Positions 40,453 through 50,581 of a stretch of 64,000 nucleotides of DNA are shown in pieces. The stretch is from Gemmatimonadota bacterium (lineage in GTDB: Bacteria > Gemmatimonadota > Gemmatimonadetes > Gemmatimonadales > GWC2-71-9). Location of the stretch: the NCBI GenBank assembly GCA_036679645.1, contig JAZDCY010000011.1, positions 32,001 to 96,000 on the forward strand, given 5' to 3'. The notes under the pieces were generated by a model. The model saw only the letters and a program-made list of their open reading frames with translations, did no database searches and had not been told where the DNA came from. Position 1 is the stretch's first letter, and each line of letters begins with the position of its first letter. A program made the position numbers and the translations under genes.

Positions 40453-41313
40453 TCATCCGCCATGTCCGAGGTATCTCATCCCACGCTTGTTCAGTGGATG
40501 GAAGGTGCGGAAGGCGGACCGGTAAGGGATGATTAGTCGGCCGAGGTAGTACCGGAGCGTGGCATCGAAGCCGTAACGGCTGCGGAACTCTCCCGCTGTC
40601 ATGCCGAGCATTGCTCGCAGGTGCCGCCCGAAGCTCTGCGGCGAGGAGTATTCGAGCCGGTAGGCGACATCTGCGATGGAGAGTCCTCGCTCCTCGAGGA
40701 GCGCGGCGGCGTAGACGATGCGCGTCGATGAGAGGTATCTCTTGGGCGATGGCAGCCCTGCTCGAAAGAAGCGCGACATGAACGTGCTGGGCGTTACGCC
40801 AAACCGCTGCACAAGCCGCCGCACGGTCGACACGCCACACGCAAGCCGGATGAGCGCCCGAAAGAACAGACCACAATCTTCTGGGTGCGGACCCATGGCC
40901 GGGATCACAGCCGCGAGGATGCGCGCCGCGGTCGGCGAGCCCCCGTCCGACACGAGCGCACGAAGCCGACGCCAGCCCTCCGGATCGGAGAGATCCACGA
41001 TGCGCCTCACCCCAGACGCGCCGAGCGCCAACAGACACTCGCTCGACCGGGCGTCATGACGGCAGAGAACCGCTACGGTGGGCACTCCCGGGAATCGCTC
41101 GATCAGCGACGAGACGCCTTGGAGTTGATCACTCCGCAGGTATGCCGGTGAGAGGAGGACGGCGCGCACGGGCCGTTCTCGTACGGCTCTGATTGCCTGT
41201 GGAAGGGTCTCGGTATGTATGGCGGTGAAAGCTCCCTCGGCGGCAACGTCGAGGCGACGCCGCTCGCGCGGCTCCACAATCGTGGCGATGGTTGGGGTTT
41301 GAGATTTGTGCAT
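40453..41313 (-). CDS. AraC-family transcriptional regulator with receiver-like N-terminus
   Basis: SIADVAYRLEYSSPQSFGRHLR...TAGEFR AraC HTH. Confidence 0.8.
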   Translation of the reverse strand: MHKSQTPTIATIVEPRERRRLDVAAEGAFTAIHTETLPQAIRAVRERPVRAVLLSPAYLRSDQLQGVSSLIERFPGVPTVAVLCRHDARSSECLLALGASGVRRIVDLSDPEGWRRLRALVSDGGSPTAARILAAVIPAMGPHPEDCGLFFRALIRLACGVSTVRRLVQRFGVTPSTFMSRFFRAGLPSPKRYLSSTRIVYAAALLEERGLSIADVAYRLEYSSPQSFGRHLRAMLGMTAGEFRSRYGFDATLRYYLGRLIIPYRSAFRTFHPLNKRGMRYLGHGG

Positions 41314-41434
41314 GGGTCACGTCCGCAAAACGACAACGCGAGTCTACCACCCGTGCTTCAACCCCCGATCAACCCCGGCGCGCGCGGGCTCAACCTATGC
41401 CGTTGGCACCAGACCTTACTATCTTCAGGGCGTT

Positions 41435-41824
41435 GGAGGTGGGCGGTGGGGCGAGACGGTCGCGGCTCGTCATTTGGCGAGTCGAGGAAAGTCCGAGCTC
41501 CTCAGGGCAGGCTGCCAGGTAACACCTGGGCGTCGCGAGGCGACGGAAAGGGCCACAGAAAACAAACCGCCCGCGGAAACGTGGGTAAGGGTGAAAAGGT
41601 GGGGTAAGAGCCCACCGCACGCCTGGCAACAGCGCGTGGCACGGTAACCCCCAGCCGGAGCAAGGCCAAATAGGCGGTGAGGTTCGGCCCGAACCACTTG
41701 AGCCGCGGGTAGGCCGCACGAGGTGGCGAGCGATCGTCATCCCAGAGAGATGACCGTCCCCCTAGGGGCCTTTGGCGTCTAGTGCAGGAACAGAACTCGG
41801 CTTACGGCTCCGCCGCTCGTCTCC
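41435..41824 (+). ncRNA. rnpB: RNase P RNA, bacterial class A
   Basis: GAGGAAAGTCC, GGTAAGAGCCCACCGC, GGAGCAAGGCCAAATAGG, ACAGAACTCGGCTTAC; complementary ends; boundaries approximate. Confidence 0.95.
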
Positions 41825-41859
41825 GACACCCCACCGGCGGCCCGCCCGAAAGGACATCC

Positions 41860-42702
41860 ATGCGCCGCACCGCTTCGCTCGTGCTGATTTCTGCCACGAT
41901 CCTGTTCGTGCTGCCGCATCACCAACTCGCCGCCCAGTTCCGCGCGCCGCGTTCGGCCGACTACCTCTTCGTGGCCCTGGACAACGACGCACGCATGCTC
42001 TGGGTCAACCCCGCCGCGCTGGGCATGGAGTTCCAGGCCTCCATCATGGGCGAAGCGCTTCTCGCACGTAACAGCAACGACGATTTTACGTTGGCACAAT
42101 ACACGATCGGATTCTCCTCGCGCGGTCTGGCCTTTGGGTACCGGCGAGACCGATTCGACGATTCGACGGGAGGGAACACATTCCGCCTTGGGTTCGGCAG
42201 ACGATACCCTCGCTACGCCGTCGGGGGCTCGTTGACCCTCTACAGCGACTCGGCGGATCAACGAGAAGGCGAGGTCGGTATCCGCTATTACTTGCTGCGG
42301 GCGCTCGACGTCGGCGCTGTGATTCAGCACATCGGTAAGCCGAGGGTTCGGGGAGTCCTGCTCCCGTTGACGGGGGTACTGGGCGTCAGCTGGAGCCCGC
42401 TTGGCGGTGCCGTGCAGTTAGTCGGGGAAGCGAAAGCCAGCGATCGCGAAACGGCTTCAGGATACGATCTTTCGTACCGCGCGGGCGTTCGAGTGGGCAT
42501 GTCCGGTACCCTCCCGTTCGGGATCGTCGCCGCGTTGGATCTCGATGAAGATTTTGCCGCGGGCCGCTTGGTGCTCGGTCTCCAGATAGGCCGGAAAGAC
42601 CGCGGCGTTTTGGTTGGTAATGGTGCGCGGCGGATGGGATCGACGTTCGTGGAGGATATCAGCCTGGTCGGTATTGCCAGTCGCCCGCTCAGGACCCGCT
42701 AG
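41860..42702 (+). CDS. Exported hypothetical protein, probable beta-barrel/outer membrane
   Basis: Signal peptide; WVNPAAL motif; amphipathic beta-strand pattern. Confidence 0.6.
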   Translation: MRRTASLVLISATILFVLPHHQLAAQFRAPRSADYLFVALDNDARMLWVNPAALGMEFQASIMGEALLARNSNDDFTLAQYTIGFSSRGLAFGYRRDRFDDSTGGNTFRLGFGRRYPRYAVGGSLTLYSDSADQREGEVGIRYYLLRALDVGAVIQHIGKPRVRGVLLPLTGVLGVSWSPLGGAVQLVGEAKASDRETASGYDLSYRAGVRVGMSGTLPFGIVAALDLDEDFAAGRLVLGLQIGRKDRGVLVGNGARRMGSTFVEDISLVGIASRPLRTR

Positions 42703-43808
42703 TCGACCAAGCGCAACGGCATGACGAGACAGAGATAGGAGGCGGGATCATCCCACCCAGCCGGCTCGAGCGTGACCGCCCGTTCCGGTGCCTTCATCGT
42801 GATCCGCACTTCATCTGTGGGCATGAACTTCAGGATCTCGAGCAGGTACGTGGCATTGAACCCGATCTCCAGCGCTTCTCCCTCGAAAGCCACCGACATC
42901 TCATCCTGGGCTTCGCCCAGATCTGGTGTGCTCACCGTGAAACGCAGCATTCCCGCGTCGAAGGCCAGCCGGACGCGGTGCGTCTGGTCACTGGCTACGA
43001 CCCCAACCCGCCGGAGCGCCGCACCGAAGGCCTGTTTGTCGACCGTCGCCTCGCGGTCGTTTTCGCGCGGGATGACCTGCTCGTAGTTGGGATACGGTCC
43101 CTCGATCAACCGTGTAAAGACCACTGTATCCCCACTCCGGAAGCCCAGGTGGTTATCGCTCCGGGCCATCTGGATTTCGTCGGAGACGTCAAAGAGGCGA
43201 CGGATCTGCTCCAGGGCTTTCGGGGGAACGATGAGATCGGCCGAGGTCGTGCCCCCGGAAACCGGTACATCCATGCGCGCCAACCGGTGACCATTTGTCG
43301 CAACCATCCGCATCTTGTCTTCCCGCAGCTCCCAGAGAACGCCATTCAGGATCGGCCGGCTCTCTTCGCTCGATGCAGCGAATGCCACGTGGCTTATGAG
43401 CTTTTGGAGATCCGCAGACGGTATGGTCCAGGATTCGTCGAACGAGACGGGCGGGAAGCTCGGGAACTCGTCCCGTGGGATACCGAGCAACTTGAAGCGT
43501 GAGCGCCCACATTCGAGGCTAACGCGCTGTTCACCAGCTCCTGTCACCCTGATCGCCGCACTCGGAAGCTCACGCACAATCTCCACCAGCTTTTTGGCCG
43601 GTAGAGTGACGGCCCCTTCGCTATCCACCTCGGCGGGCACCTTCGTGGAAACGGCAATATCCAGATCCGTACCGGAAAGACGGATACCACCCTCCACCGC
43701 CTCAACGAGGATATTCGACAGCACGGGAAGGGTAGTCTTGGTCGGGACGCTAGCGGCGACCGCAACGAGACCTTCCTGGAGTTTTTCTCTCGTGATCGTG
43801 AACTTCAT
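42699..43808 (-). CDS. dnaN: DNA polymerase III beta sliding clamp
   Basis: LPVLSNIL, ATNGHRL, GPYPNY, VMPLR. Confidence 0.97.
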   Translation of the reverse strand: MKFTITREKLQEGLVAVAASVPTKTTLPVLSNILVEAVEGGIRLSGTDLDIAVSTKVPAEVDSEGAVTLPAKKLVEIVRELPSAAIRVTGAGEQRVSLECGRSRFKLLGIPRDEFPSFPPVSFDESWTIPSADLQKLISHVAFAASSEESRPILNGVLWELREDKMRMVATNGHRLARMDVPVSGGTTSADLIVPPKALEQIRRLFDVSDEIQMARSDNHLGFRSGDTVVFTRLIEGPYPNYEQVIPRENDREATVDKQAFGAALRRVGVVASDQTHRVRLAFDAGMLRFTVSTPDLGEAQDEMSVAFEGEALEIGFNATYLLEILKFMPTDEVRITMKAPERAVTLEPAGWDDPASYLCLVMPLRLVD

Positions 43809-43809
43809 A

Positions 43810-44042
43810 GCGCTTCCTGCGCGGAGAATGTTTGTAATACTACTCTAATTTATTTATCTAGACGTAGTAGTAGAGGGTCTGGAAACCTTAGTGCTTTTCA
43901 TAACCCTTTCAGGTGTCATGAGATCCTAGCACAACCGCGTGTTAGTTGTCGTTGCACCCGTGTGGATGAGTGTGCTCGCGCAGTGTAGGCTTGCACACTT
44001 ACCGACACGATGTGAACGCGTCGTGTATTACGGTGCGGATAA
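43810..44042. other. Chromosomal replication origin oriC (dnaA-dnaN intergenic)
   Basis: AT-rich tract 43830-43860; DnaA-trio-like TAG-ACG-TAG-TAG-TAG (43859-43873); DnaA-box-like TGTGGATGA (43961) and TGCGGATAA (44034). Confidence 0.75.
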
Positions 44043-45407
44043 CTCCTGTCGGGCCAGATAGACGCGCTCACGGAACTGCCGATCATGCGCCATTTCCCGC
44101 GTGACCTTGCCGACGCTGTGAATGACCGTGGAATGATCCCGTCCCCCAAAGGCATGCCCTATTTCCACGAGCTGCAGGCCCAGCAGATCGCGCGCGAGGA
44201 ACATCGCCACTTGACGGGGGACGGTCAGCGTCTTGGTGCGGGCCTTCGACCTGAGGCCCTCGGGTGTAACGCCCCAGCGCCGGGCCACCACCTCCTGGAC
44301 GCGATCGACGCTCGGTACCGACGATCCGACTGCGTCACGGTCTCTCTCAGCCCGCCGGATCTTGTCTGAGAGCGCCTCACGCGCCAGCTCGATCGAGATT
44401 TCCCGGTGCTTCAGTGAGGCGTAGAGTAAGAGCTTGATGATGCAACCCTCGAGTTCGCGCACCGAGCTGCGGACGTACTCGGCAATGAACAGGAGTACGT
44501 CGTCTGGGATCGTCAATTCCAGATGATCCTGCTCGGCCTTCTTTCGTAGAATCGCTATGCGGTGCTCGAGGTCCGGCTGACCCACATCGGCGACCATCCC
44601 CCACTCGAAGCGGCTCACCAGACGCGACTCCAGGCCGGGAATCCCCTTGGGGGCGCGATCCGACGTCAGTACGATCTGCTTGCCGGCCTCGTGCAGGACA
44701 TTGAAGGTGTGGAAGAACTCCTCCTGGGTCATTTCCTTCCCTTCGAGGAAATGCACGTCATCGACCAGGAAGATGTCGATCTCACTGCGAAAGCGCCGCC
44801 GGAACTCGGGCATCGTGCGGCCGTGGATGCCCTCGATCATTTCGTTGATGAACTGCTCAGCGCCCATGTACACCACCCGGGCGCCCGGTTCCCGCTCCAG
44901 GATGGCGTGGGCGATCGCCTGCATGAGGTGCGTTTTCCCCAGACCGGTCGCCCCGTAGATGAAGAGCGGGTTGTAGGTCTTGCCCGGGGCCTCGGCCACC
45001 GCGTGTGCCGCAGCCGCGGCCAATTCGTTGGATTTACCAATCACGAACGTCCGGAAGTGATACCGGTCGTTGAGCGGCGTGGCGTTGCTGCCGCGCACTG
45101 GCGTGGCGTCGGCAGGCGGACTCACGAAGAAGTCCATCTGGGGCCGTTGGGTGCGCTCCTCCTGCACTTCGAACACCACCTCAATGGCGGTCCCGAGCGC
45201 CTGCGGTGATAGGCGGGTCAGCAGCGCGGCGTGCTTGGAGGCGTTCCATTCGACGGCAAATTGATCGGGGGCCCCGACCACGAGCCGGTCATTCTCGAGC
45301 GCAATAGCCCGCGCCGGCTCCAACCACGTGCGGACGGCTGCGTCGGGGAGTTCATGCCGTGCTTCGGCAATGAGACGGGTCCACGCCTCGTTTGCGGAAA
45401 GCTCCAT
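44028..45407 (-). CDS. dnaA: Chromosomal replication initiator DnaA
   Basis: [39 protein letters not shown]. Confidence 0.98.
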   Translation of the reverse strand: MELSANEAWTRLIAEARHELPDAAVRTWLEPARAIALENDRLVVGAPDQFAVEWNASKHAALLTRLSPQALGTAIEVVFEVQEERTQRPQMDFFVSPPADATPVRGSNATPLNDRYHFRTFVIGKSNELAAAAAHAVAEAPGKTYNPLFIYGATGLGKTHLMQAIAHAILEREPGARVVYMGAEQFINEMIEGIHGRTMPEFRRRFRSEIDIFLVDDVHFLEGKEMTQEEFFHTFNVLHEAGKQIVLTSDRAPKGIPGLESRLVSRFEWGMVADVGQPDLEHRIAILRKKAEQDHLELTIPDDVLLFIAEYVRSSVRELEGCIIKLLLYASLKHREISIELAREALSDKIRRAERDRDAVGSSVPSVDRVQEVVARRWGVTPEGLRSKARTKTLTVPRQVAMFLARDLLGLQLVEIGHAFGGRDHSTVIHSVGKVTREMAHDRQFRERVYLARQELSAP

Positions 45408-45450
45408 CCGTTTTACATGACTGGGTTGGGTGTTCCGACAAGGGCGACCG

Positions 45451-45479
45451 ATGTTACGCCCGCCGTGTGGAAAAGTCAA
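45451..45479 (-). promoter_or_regulatory. dnaA sigma70 promoter overlapped by a DnaA box
   Basis: TTGACT-17 nt-TAACAT on the minus strand; TTTTCCACA box at 45466-45474. Confidence 0.7.
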
Positions 45480-45481
45480 CC

Positions 45482-45511
45482 TTGACCCACTCAGCGCGGC
45501 GCGGGTAGCTT
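45482..45511 (+). promoter_or_regulatory. rpmH operon sigma70 promoter
   Basis: TTGACC-18 nt-TAGCTT upstream of the GAGGA RBS. Confidence 0.6.
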
Positions 45512-45535
45512 CTTAAGCTCAACAGAGGACTTACG

Positions 45536-45697
45536 ATGAGGCCAACCTATAGGCCGCGGAACAAGCGGCGTATTCATAAGCACGGGTTCCGGGCGCGCAT
45601 GAAAGACCGCTGGGGACGTGCCGTGCTGAGCCGCCGCCGCAAGAAAGGGCGGAAACGGTTGACCGTGCGACTCCCCTCCAAGCACGGGGCGGCCTGA
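45536..45697 (+). CDS. rpmH: 50S ribosomal protein L34
   Basis: Below the ORF-track cutoff; manual translation [44 protein letters not shown]... Confidence 0.97.
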   Translation: MRPTYRPRNKRRIHKHGFRARMKDRWGRAVLSRRRKKGRKRLTVRLPSKHGAA

Positions 45698-46038
45698 CGT
45701 CCGAGGGCCTCCCTCGGAGTTGGCGAATCACGCGCGGAGATGATCTCAAGGCGGTGCTCAATGCCGATACGCGCCGCCGCACCCCCCGGATGGACATTGT
45801 CTGGCGATCCAACGCGCTCGATCACCCGCGTTTCGGCATCATCGTGCCGCGCTTCGGGCAGACCGCGGTCCGCCGCAACCGGCTCCGCAGACAGGTGCGT
45901 GAATTGACCAGACGGAAGGTGCTTCCACAGGTGCAGTCGATCGATATCGTTATCCGGACTCGACCGGCGGCGTATCGCGTGCCCGTAGCCGCCGTGGCGG
46001 GCGATCTCGAGCAATGGCTTGGTACCCTTCCGCGCTAG
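45694..46038 (+). CDS. rnpA: Ribonuclease P protein component
   Basis: PRFGIIVP...[12 protein letters not shown] motif; synteny; proposed CTG start overlapping the rpmH stop. Confidence 0.88.
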   Translation: MTSEGLPRSWRITRGDDLKAVLNADTRRRTPRMDIVWRSNALDHPRFGIIVPRFGQTAVRRNRLRRQVRELTRRKVLPQVQSIDIVIRTRPAAYRVPVAAVAGDLEQWLGTLPR

Positions 46039-46253
46039 CGGGACTTCCCCGTCAGGTCGTCGCCGTGATGATTCGTGCCTACCAGCTCGCGGCATCGCCC
46101 TTCCCGTCACCGTGCCGCTACACGCCAACCTGCTCCACCTTCGCGCTGCAGGCCGTCGAGAAACACGGAGCGATCAAGGGCTCGTGGCTGGCGCTGCGGC
46201 GCATTCTCCGCTGTCACCCGTTCGCGCGCAGTGGCTCCGACCCGGTGCCGTGA
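46014..46253 (+). CDS. yidD: Membrane protein insertion efficiency factor
   Basis: [20 protein letters not shown]. Confidence 0.92.
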   Translation: MAWYPSALAGLPRQVVAVMIRAYQLAASPFPSPCRYTPTCSTFALQAVEKHGAIKGSWLALRRILRCHPFARSGSDPVP

Positions 46254-46261
46254 GGTGAGGC

Positions 46262-47965
46262 GTGGATAGGCGATTACTCGTTGCGATTGGGCTGATGCTC
46301 GTCGTTGCGGTGCTGCCCTCGATTCTGTTCCCCCCGGAGCCGCCCACAACGCCTCCCGGCACCGCTGCCGATTCGACACTCGCGACGTCGCCCGACAGCA
46401 GTGCGCCTGCAGCGGCCCAGCGAGAGCGCGACGACGGCCAGGTTGGTGCGGTGACCCCAGCTCCGTCCGCGGCTCGGCAACCCGCGCGCCCGGCGGCCGA
46501 CACCGCCGCGCGCCCTGCTGCGCCCGAGCGCCTCGTGGTCGTCGAGTCTGACCTGTATCGCTACGAGTTTTCGACACGTGGGGGCCGCCTCGTCTCGGCG
46601 GTGCTCTTCGAGTATAGCTCCCTGGCCCCGCGTGATTCGACAGCCGACGGGCGCCATGGAGCGGCGCAGCTGATTCCAGAAAATTCCGAATTCCTGAGCT
46701 ACACCTACGTGACGCGTCAGGACTCGCTTGCGCTGGCGGAATGGGAACTCGAGCCCAATCAGAGTGTGGTCAGCGTGGGTCGGCGCGGGGCCTCGCTGGA
46801 ATGGCGTGGACGCCACGGGACGCAAGAACTCCGGCTGACGTATCACTTCGTTCCGGACCGGTACCTCTATCGGGTAGAGGGCGAGATTTCCGGCGTGGAT
46901 GCCGGCGTCTTACGGGTTGGGTTGGGGCCGCGGCTCCGCTCGATCGATGGCGATACCAGCGCCGACATCCGCGCGTATGGCCTGGTCACCAAGGAAGCGC
47001 GACGGACCGAGCGGCTCAAGTTCAGTTCGCTCGACCCCATGGAGCAGCGAAGACTAGACGGCCCGTTCGAGTGGGTGGCGATCAAGTCCAAGTATTTTCT
47101 CCAGGCCGTGCTCGCGATCGAGGACGGACAAGCGCAGTTCGGGGGCGTGGTTGCCGTCGGCGGGCTGCGGACCGGAAAGCGGGCGACATCGCTGTCCGCA
47201 ACGACGTCACTCTCTTCGCCGAACGGCCAGTTCGCCCACGAGGTGTACGTCGGGCCGCAAGAATTCCGGCGCCTTCAGGCGATCGGCCACGGATTAGAGG
47301 ACGTGAATCCGTACGGTTGGATTCTGCGTCCGATCATCCGCCCGTTCGCCAACTTCATTGTTCGTATCCTGCTGTGGATGCACGAGACGCTGAATCTGGC
47401 CTATGGGTGGGTGCTGATCCTTTTTGGCATACTCGTGCGTCTGGTCTTGTGGCCCCTCAACCAGAAGGCCATGCGGTCGGGCACCGAGATGCAGGCCATC
47501 CAGCCCGAGATCAAAGCCTTGCAGGATCGCTTCAAGGGCATGAAGCTCTACAAGGAGCGCGGGGTGAACCCACTGGGTTCGTGTCTCCCCATGTTGATCC
47601 CGATGCCCGTGCTCTTCGCGCTCTTCTTCGTCTTCATGAACACGATCGAGTTTCGGGGCGTGTCGTTTCTCTGGCTGCCAGATCTTTCACTCGCCGATCC
47701 GCTCTACATCATTCCGCTCCTCATGGGCGTCTCGATGTACGGCGTGTCCAAGATCGGCCAGCGGGGCGTGCCGCCAAATCCGCAGGCCAAGATGATGACG
47801 TACATCATGCCCGTGATGTTCACGTTTCTTTTCCTCAGGTTTTCCTCCGGGCTCAACCTCTACTACGCGGTGAGCAACATCGCGAGCATCCCCCAGCAGT
47901 GGATGATCTCGAACGAGCGGATCCGGAGGTTGGGTAGGCAACCGGCCAAGCGATCTAAAGACTGA
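46262..47965 (+). CDS. yidC: Membrane protein insertase YidC
   Basis: YGW, GVNPLGSCLP, WLPDLS..DP, SGLNLYY; synteny. Confidence 0.95.
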   Translation: MDRRLLVAIGLMLVVAVLPSILFPPEPPTTPPGTAADSTLATSPDSSAPAAAQRERDDGQVGAVTPAPSAARQPARPAADTAARPAAPERLVVVESDLYRYEFSTRGGRLVSAVLFEYSSLAPRDSTADGRHGAAQLIPENSEFLSYTYVTRQDSLALAEWELEPNQSVVSVGRRGASLEWRGRHGTQELRLTYHFVPDRYLYRVEGEISGVDAGVLRVGLGPRLRSIDGDTSADIRAYGLVTKEARRTERLKFSSLDPMEQRRLDGPFEWVAIKSKYFLQAVLAIEDGQAQFGGVVAVGGLRTGKRATSLSATTSLSSPNGQFAHEVYVGPQEFRRLQAIGHGLEDVNPYGWILRPIIRPFANFIVRILLWMHETLNLAYGWVLILFGILVRLVLWPLNQKAMRSGTEMQAIQPEIKALQDRFKGMKLYKERGVNPLGSCLPMLIPMPVLFALFFVFMNTIEFRGVSFLWLPDLSLADPLYIIPLLMGVSMYGVSKIGQRGVPPNPQAKMMTYIMPVMFTFLFLRFSSGLNLYYAVSNIASIPQQWMISNERIRRLGRQPAKRSKD

Positions 47966-47972
47966 CCGCGGC

Positions 47973-49322
47973 ATGCTCACCGATGTGATCGCGGCGGTCG
48001 CGACCCCGGGCGGACGCTCGGCGATCGCGCTCATTCGGATGTCCGGAGGCGGGGCGCACAGTGTCGCGGCCCGGGTGCTGGATGCCTTCACCCCGCAACC
48101 GGCCCGAGTCGTGCGACGCACGCTCGCGCGCCACCCATCCTCGGGCGAGCAGCTCGACGACGTGCTCTACACGGCCTTCGCCGGGCCGGCTTCGTATACC
48201 GGCGAGGACATGGTCGAGATCGGAACGCACGGAGGCGTATTGGCGCCCGGTGAGGTGCTCGGTGCGCTCTTGGCTGCGGGTGCCCGGGACGCGGCGCCGG
48301 GAGAGTTTACGCGCCGGGCATTGGCAAACGGGAAGATGGACCTGCTCCAGGCGGAAGCGACGGCGGACCTGGTCGATGCCACGGCCCCCGCCCAACGTCG
48401 CGTCGCGCTTGGCCAACTCGATCGCGGGTTGTCACGACGCATCGACGCGTTGCGGGAACGCGTGCTCGAGATCGAAGCGCTGGTGAGCTACGACATTGAT
48501 TTTCCGGAAGAGGACAGCGGGCCCGTTTCACCGGAGCGCGTGTCGGTCGCTGTGACCTCGCTGTTGCGCGACCTCTCCTCGCTCGTCGGTACCTCCACTG
48601 ACGGGGAGCGCCTACGCGAGGGAGCGCTCTGCGTGATCGCCGGTGCCCCGAACACGGGAAAATCGTCGCTCTTCAATGCCCTGCTGGGTCACGAGCGCGC
48701 GATTGTGACTGACGTCGCCGGGACCACACGGGACGCAATCGAAGCTCCTGCCACCTGTAACGGGTTTCCGTTCCGGTTGATCGATACGGCGGGGCTACGC
48801 GAGAGCGACGACGCGATCGAGCGTCTTGGCATCGAGGTCTCGCGCCGATACCTCGACGCGGCCGATATGGTGCTGTTCTGCGTCGCGGCAGGTAGGGCAC
48901 TGCAACAGGTCGAGCGCGCGTTTGTGTCGGGGCTTTCCGTGCCAGTGGTGGTGGTGGGAACTAAGTACGACCTGGATCCAACGACCGACGAGACGGACCC
49001 GCCGCCAGAGATTGCGGTTTCCGCGCTGACTGGCGACGGCATACCCGGGCTGCGGGAGCGCATGGCCGAGTTGGCTTTCGGTGCGGTGGCGGCGTCGGCG
49101 CAACTCGAACCGGTGCTGACTCGTGAGCGTCACCGCGTGGCGCTCGATAGGGCGCGTGCGGAGGTTGCGGCATTCCGTGAGGCCCGCGATGCCGGACTCG
49201 AAGTGGTCGTCGCCGCAACCCACCTCCGGGCGGCGATCGCAGCGCTCGAAGGGATCATTGGTGTCGTGACGACCGAAGATGTGCTGGATCGCCTCTTCGC
49301 GACGTTTTGTGTTGGGAAGTAG
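47973..49322 (+). CDS. mnmE: tRNA modification GTPase MnmE
   Basis: SYTGED, GAPNTGKSS, GTTRD, DTAG, FCVGK. Confidence 0.96.
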   Translation: MLTDVIAAVATPGGRSAIALIRMSGGGAHSVAARVLDAFTPQPARVVRRTLARHPSSGEQLDDVLYTAFAGPASYTGEDMVEIGTHGGVLAPGEVLGALLAAGARDAAPGEFTRRALANGKMDLLQAEATADLVDATAPAQRRVALGQLDRGLSRRIDALRERVLEIEALVSYDIDFPEEDSGPVSPERVSVAVTSLLRDLSSLVGTSTDGERLREGALCVIAGAPNTGKSSLFNALLGHERAIVTDVAGTTRDAIEAPATCNGFPFRLIDTAGLRESDDAIERLGIEVSRRYLDAADMVLFCVAAGRALQQVERAFVSGLSVPVVVVGTKYDLDPTTDETDPPPEIAVSALTGDGIPGLRERMAELAFGAVAASAQLEPVLTRERHRVALDRARAEVAAFREARDAGLEVVVAATHLRAAIAALEGIIGVVTTEDVLDRLFATFCVGK

Positions 49323-49337
49323 GCAGGCCCTTCCGCC

Positions 49338-49562
49338 TTAGATATCCGTGTCGCCTACTTCGACCGCGATGCGCCAGATTTCGTCCGCCAGCCACTCCAG
49401 TCGCTGCTGTGCGTACTCGAGGTCCGCGGGTGGCATGTTGGGCAGGTCCTTCACGATCCCGCGTACGTGGGTCACGAGTTCGTCGAGCGCCTCACGGAGC
49501 GTGTACTTCTCGCGGCGCTCTTCGGGAATGCGAGGCTTCGTCCTGCGGCCGCGTGGGGTCAC
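49338..49562 (-). CDS. Small helical hypothetical protein
   Basis: C-terminal 74 aa of ORF 49338..50255; GTG overlaps the upstream TGA. Confidence 0.65.
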   Translation of the reverse strand: MTPRGRRTKPRIPEERREKYTLREALDELVTHVRGIVKDLPNMPPADLEYAQQRLEWLADEIWRIAVEVGDTDI

Positions 49563-50503
49563 GCGGTCTGGGCTCCGAGCATGCCGGTATCTATCTGCCC
49601 CATCTCCTTTGCGTCCAGTCGTAGCGCTTCCGCTATCCCGCGTGCGTCCACGGCATTCTCCACCATCCGTCGGCCGAGGTAGTATCCGCCCCGTTCGGGG
49701 ATGACCTTGCCACGGACTAGACGCTGCGCGGGGCTCATACCACCGGAGAGGTAGCGCAGCCGCAGCCCCAGTCCGGCTTGGTCCAGTTCCTCCGCGATGG
49801 CACGGTGCAGAAAGGCGTCCAGCTCGCGCAGCCGCCGATACTGGTGGCGGCTGTATCCGAGGTAGTCCCACCGATCGAACCCGGGTGCAACAGTCTCTGA
49901 GCCCGCGACGGCGAGCCCCTCGTTCACCAACAACTCCCGGAGCGATACGCGGGATCCAGTTTCCCAGTAATCGTAGTATCCACCAGCGTCGGCCACGGCC
50001 CGTGCCAGCTCGGCGCGGCTGGTAGGAGACGTATACCGGACCGTGTGTGCGACCTCGTGGGCGACCCAGACGGGAATGAGTTTCGGCGATAGGCCCAGGC
50101 CGAAGGTGTCCGGATTGGGTTTGCCGGTGAAGTGCTCTAGACAGATAAACGCCACACCGCGGTGGCCGACGACGAGTTCTCCGGCATTCGCCGCGCCGAC
50201 CCCGACCATCAAGTAGAGATCGACGGGCCGGTCGATGCGAAAGACGTGCTCGCACGTAGCGAGCGCATCTTCTGCGACGGTCGCGACATCAACCTCATCG
50301 AGCAGACGCAGGAGATCGCGCCGTTGCGCGGTGACGGTACGGTGGATGACTTCGTCGGCGTGCGGGCTGTCGAGATCGAGGACGTAGTTACGCCAGTAAG
50401 CTGACAGCACCTGGCGATGATCGTCGAGATACCTCCGGTAGGCCTCGATAGGGTCGTGCGCGGTGAGCGCGGTGAGAAACTCCGGAACGAGGTTGATGAG
50501 CAT
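49559..50503 (-). CDS. Putative zinc-dependent protease (gluzincin, DUF2268-like)
   Basis: HEVAH...NEGLA; GYYLG. Confidence 0.7.
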   Translation of the reverse strand: MLINLVPEFLTALTAHDPIEAYRRYLDDHRQVLSAYWRNYVLDLDSPHADEVIHRTVTAQRRDLLRLLDEVDVATVAEDALATCEHVFRIDRPVDLYLMVGVGAANAGELVVGHRGVAFICLEHFTGKPNPDTFGLGLSPKLIPVWVAHEVAHTVRYTSPTSRAELARAVADAGGYYDYWETGSRVSLRELLVNEGLAVAGSETVAPGFDRWDYLGYSRHQYRRLRELDAFLHRAIAEELDQAGLGLRLRYLSGGMSPAQRLVRGKVIPERGGYYLGRRMVENAVDARGIAEALRLDAKEMGQIDTGMLGAQTA

Positions 50504-50581
50504 GGAGGCGCGCCCCGAATTTGGGACGCGTTACGCGTGCTGACAACCCCTCAATTAGTGATCAGGTGAGCGGCGCGGTGT

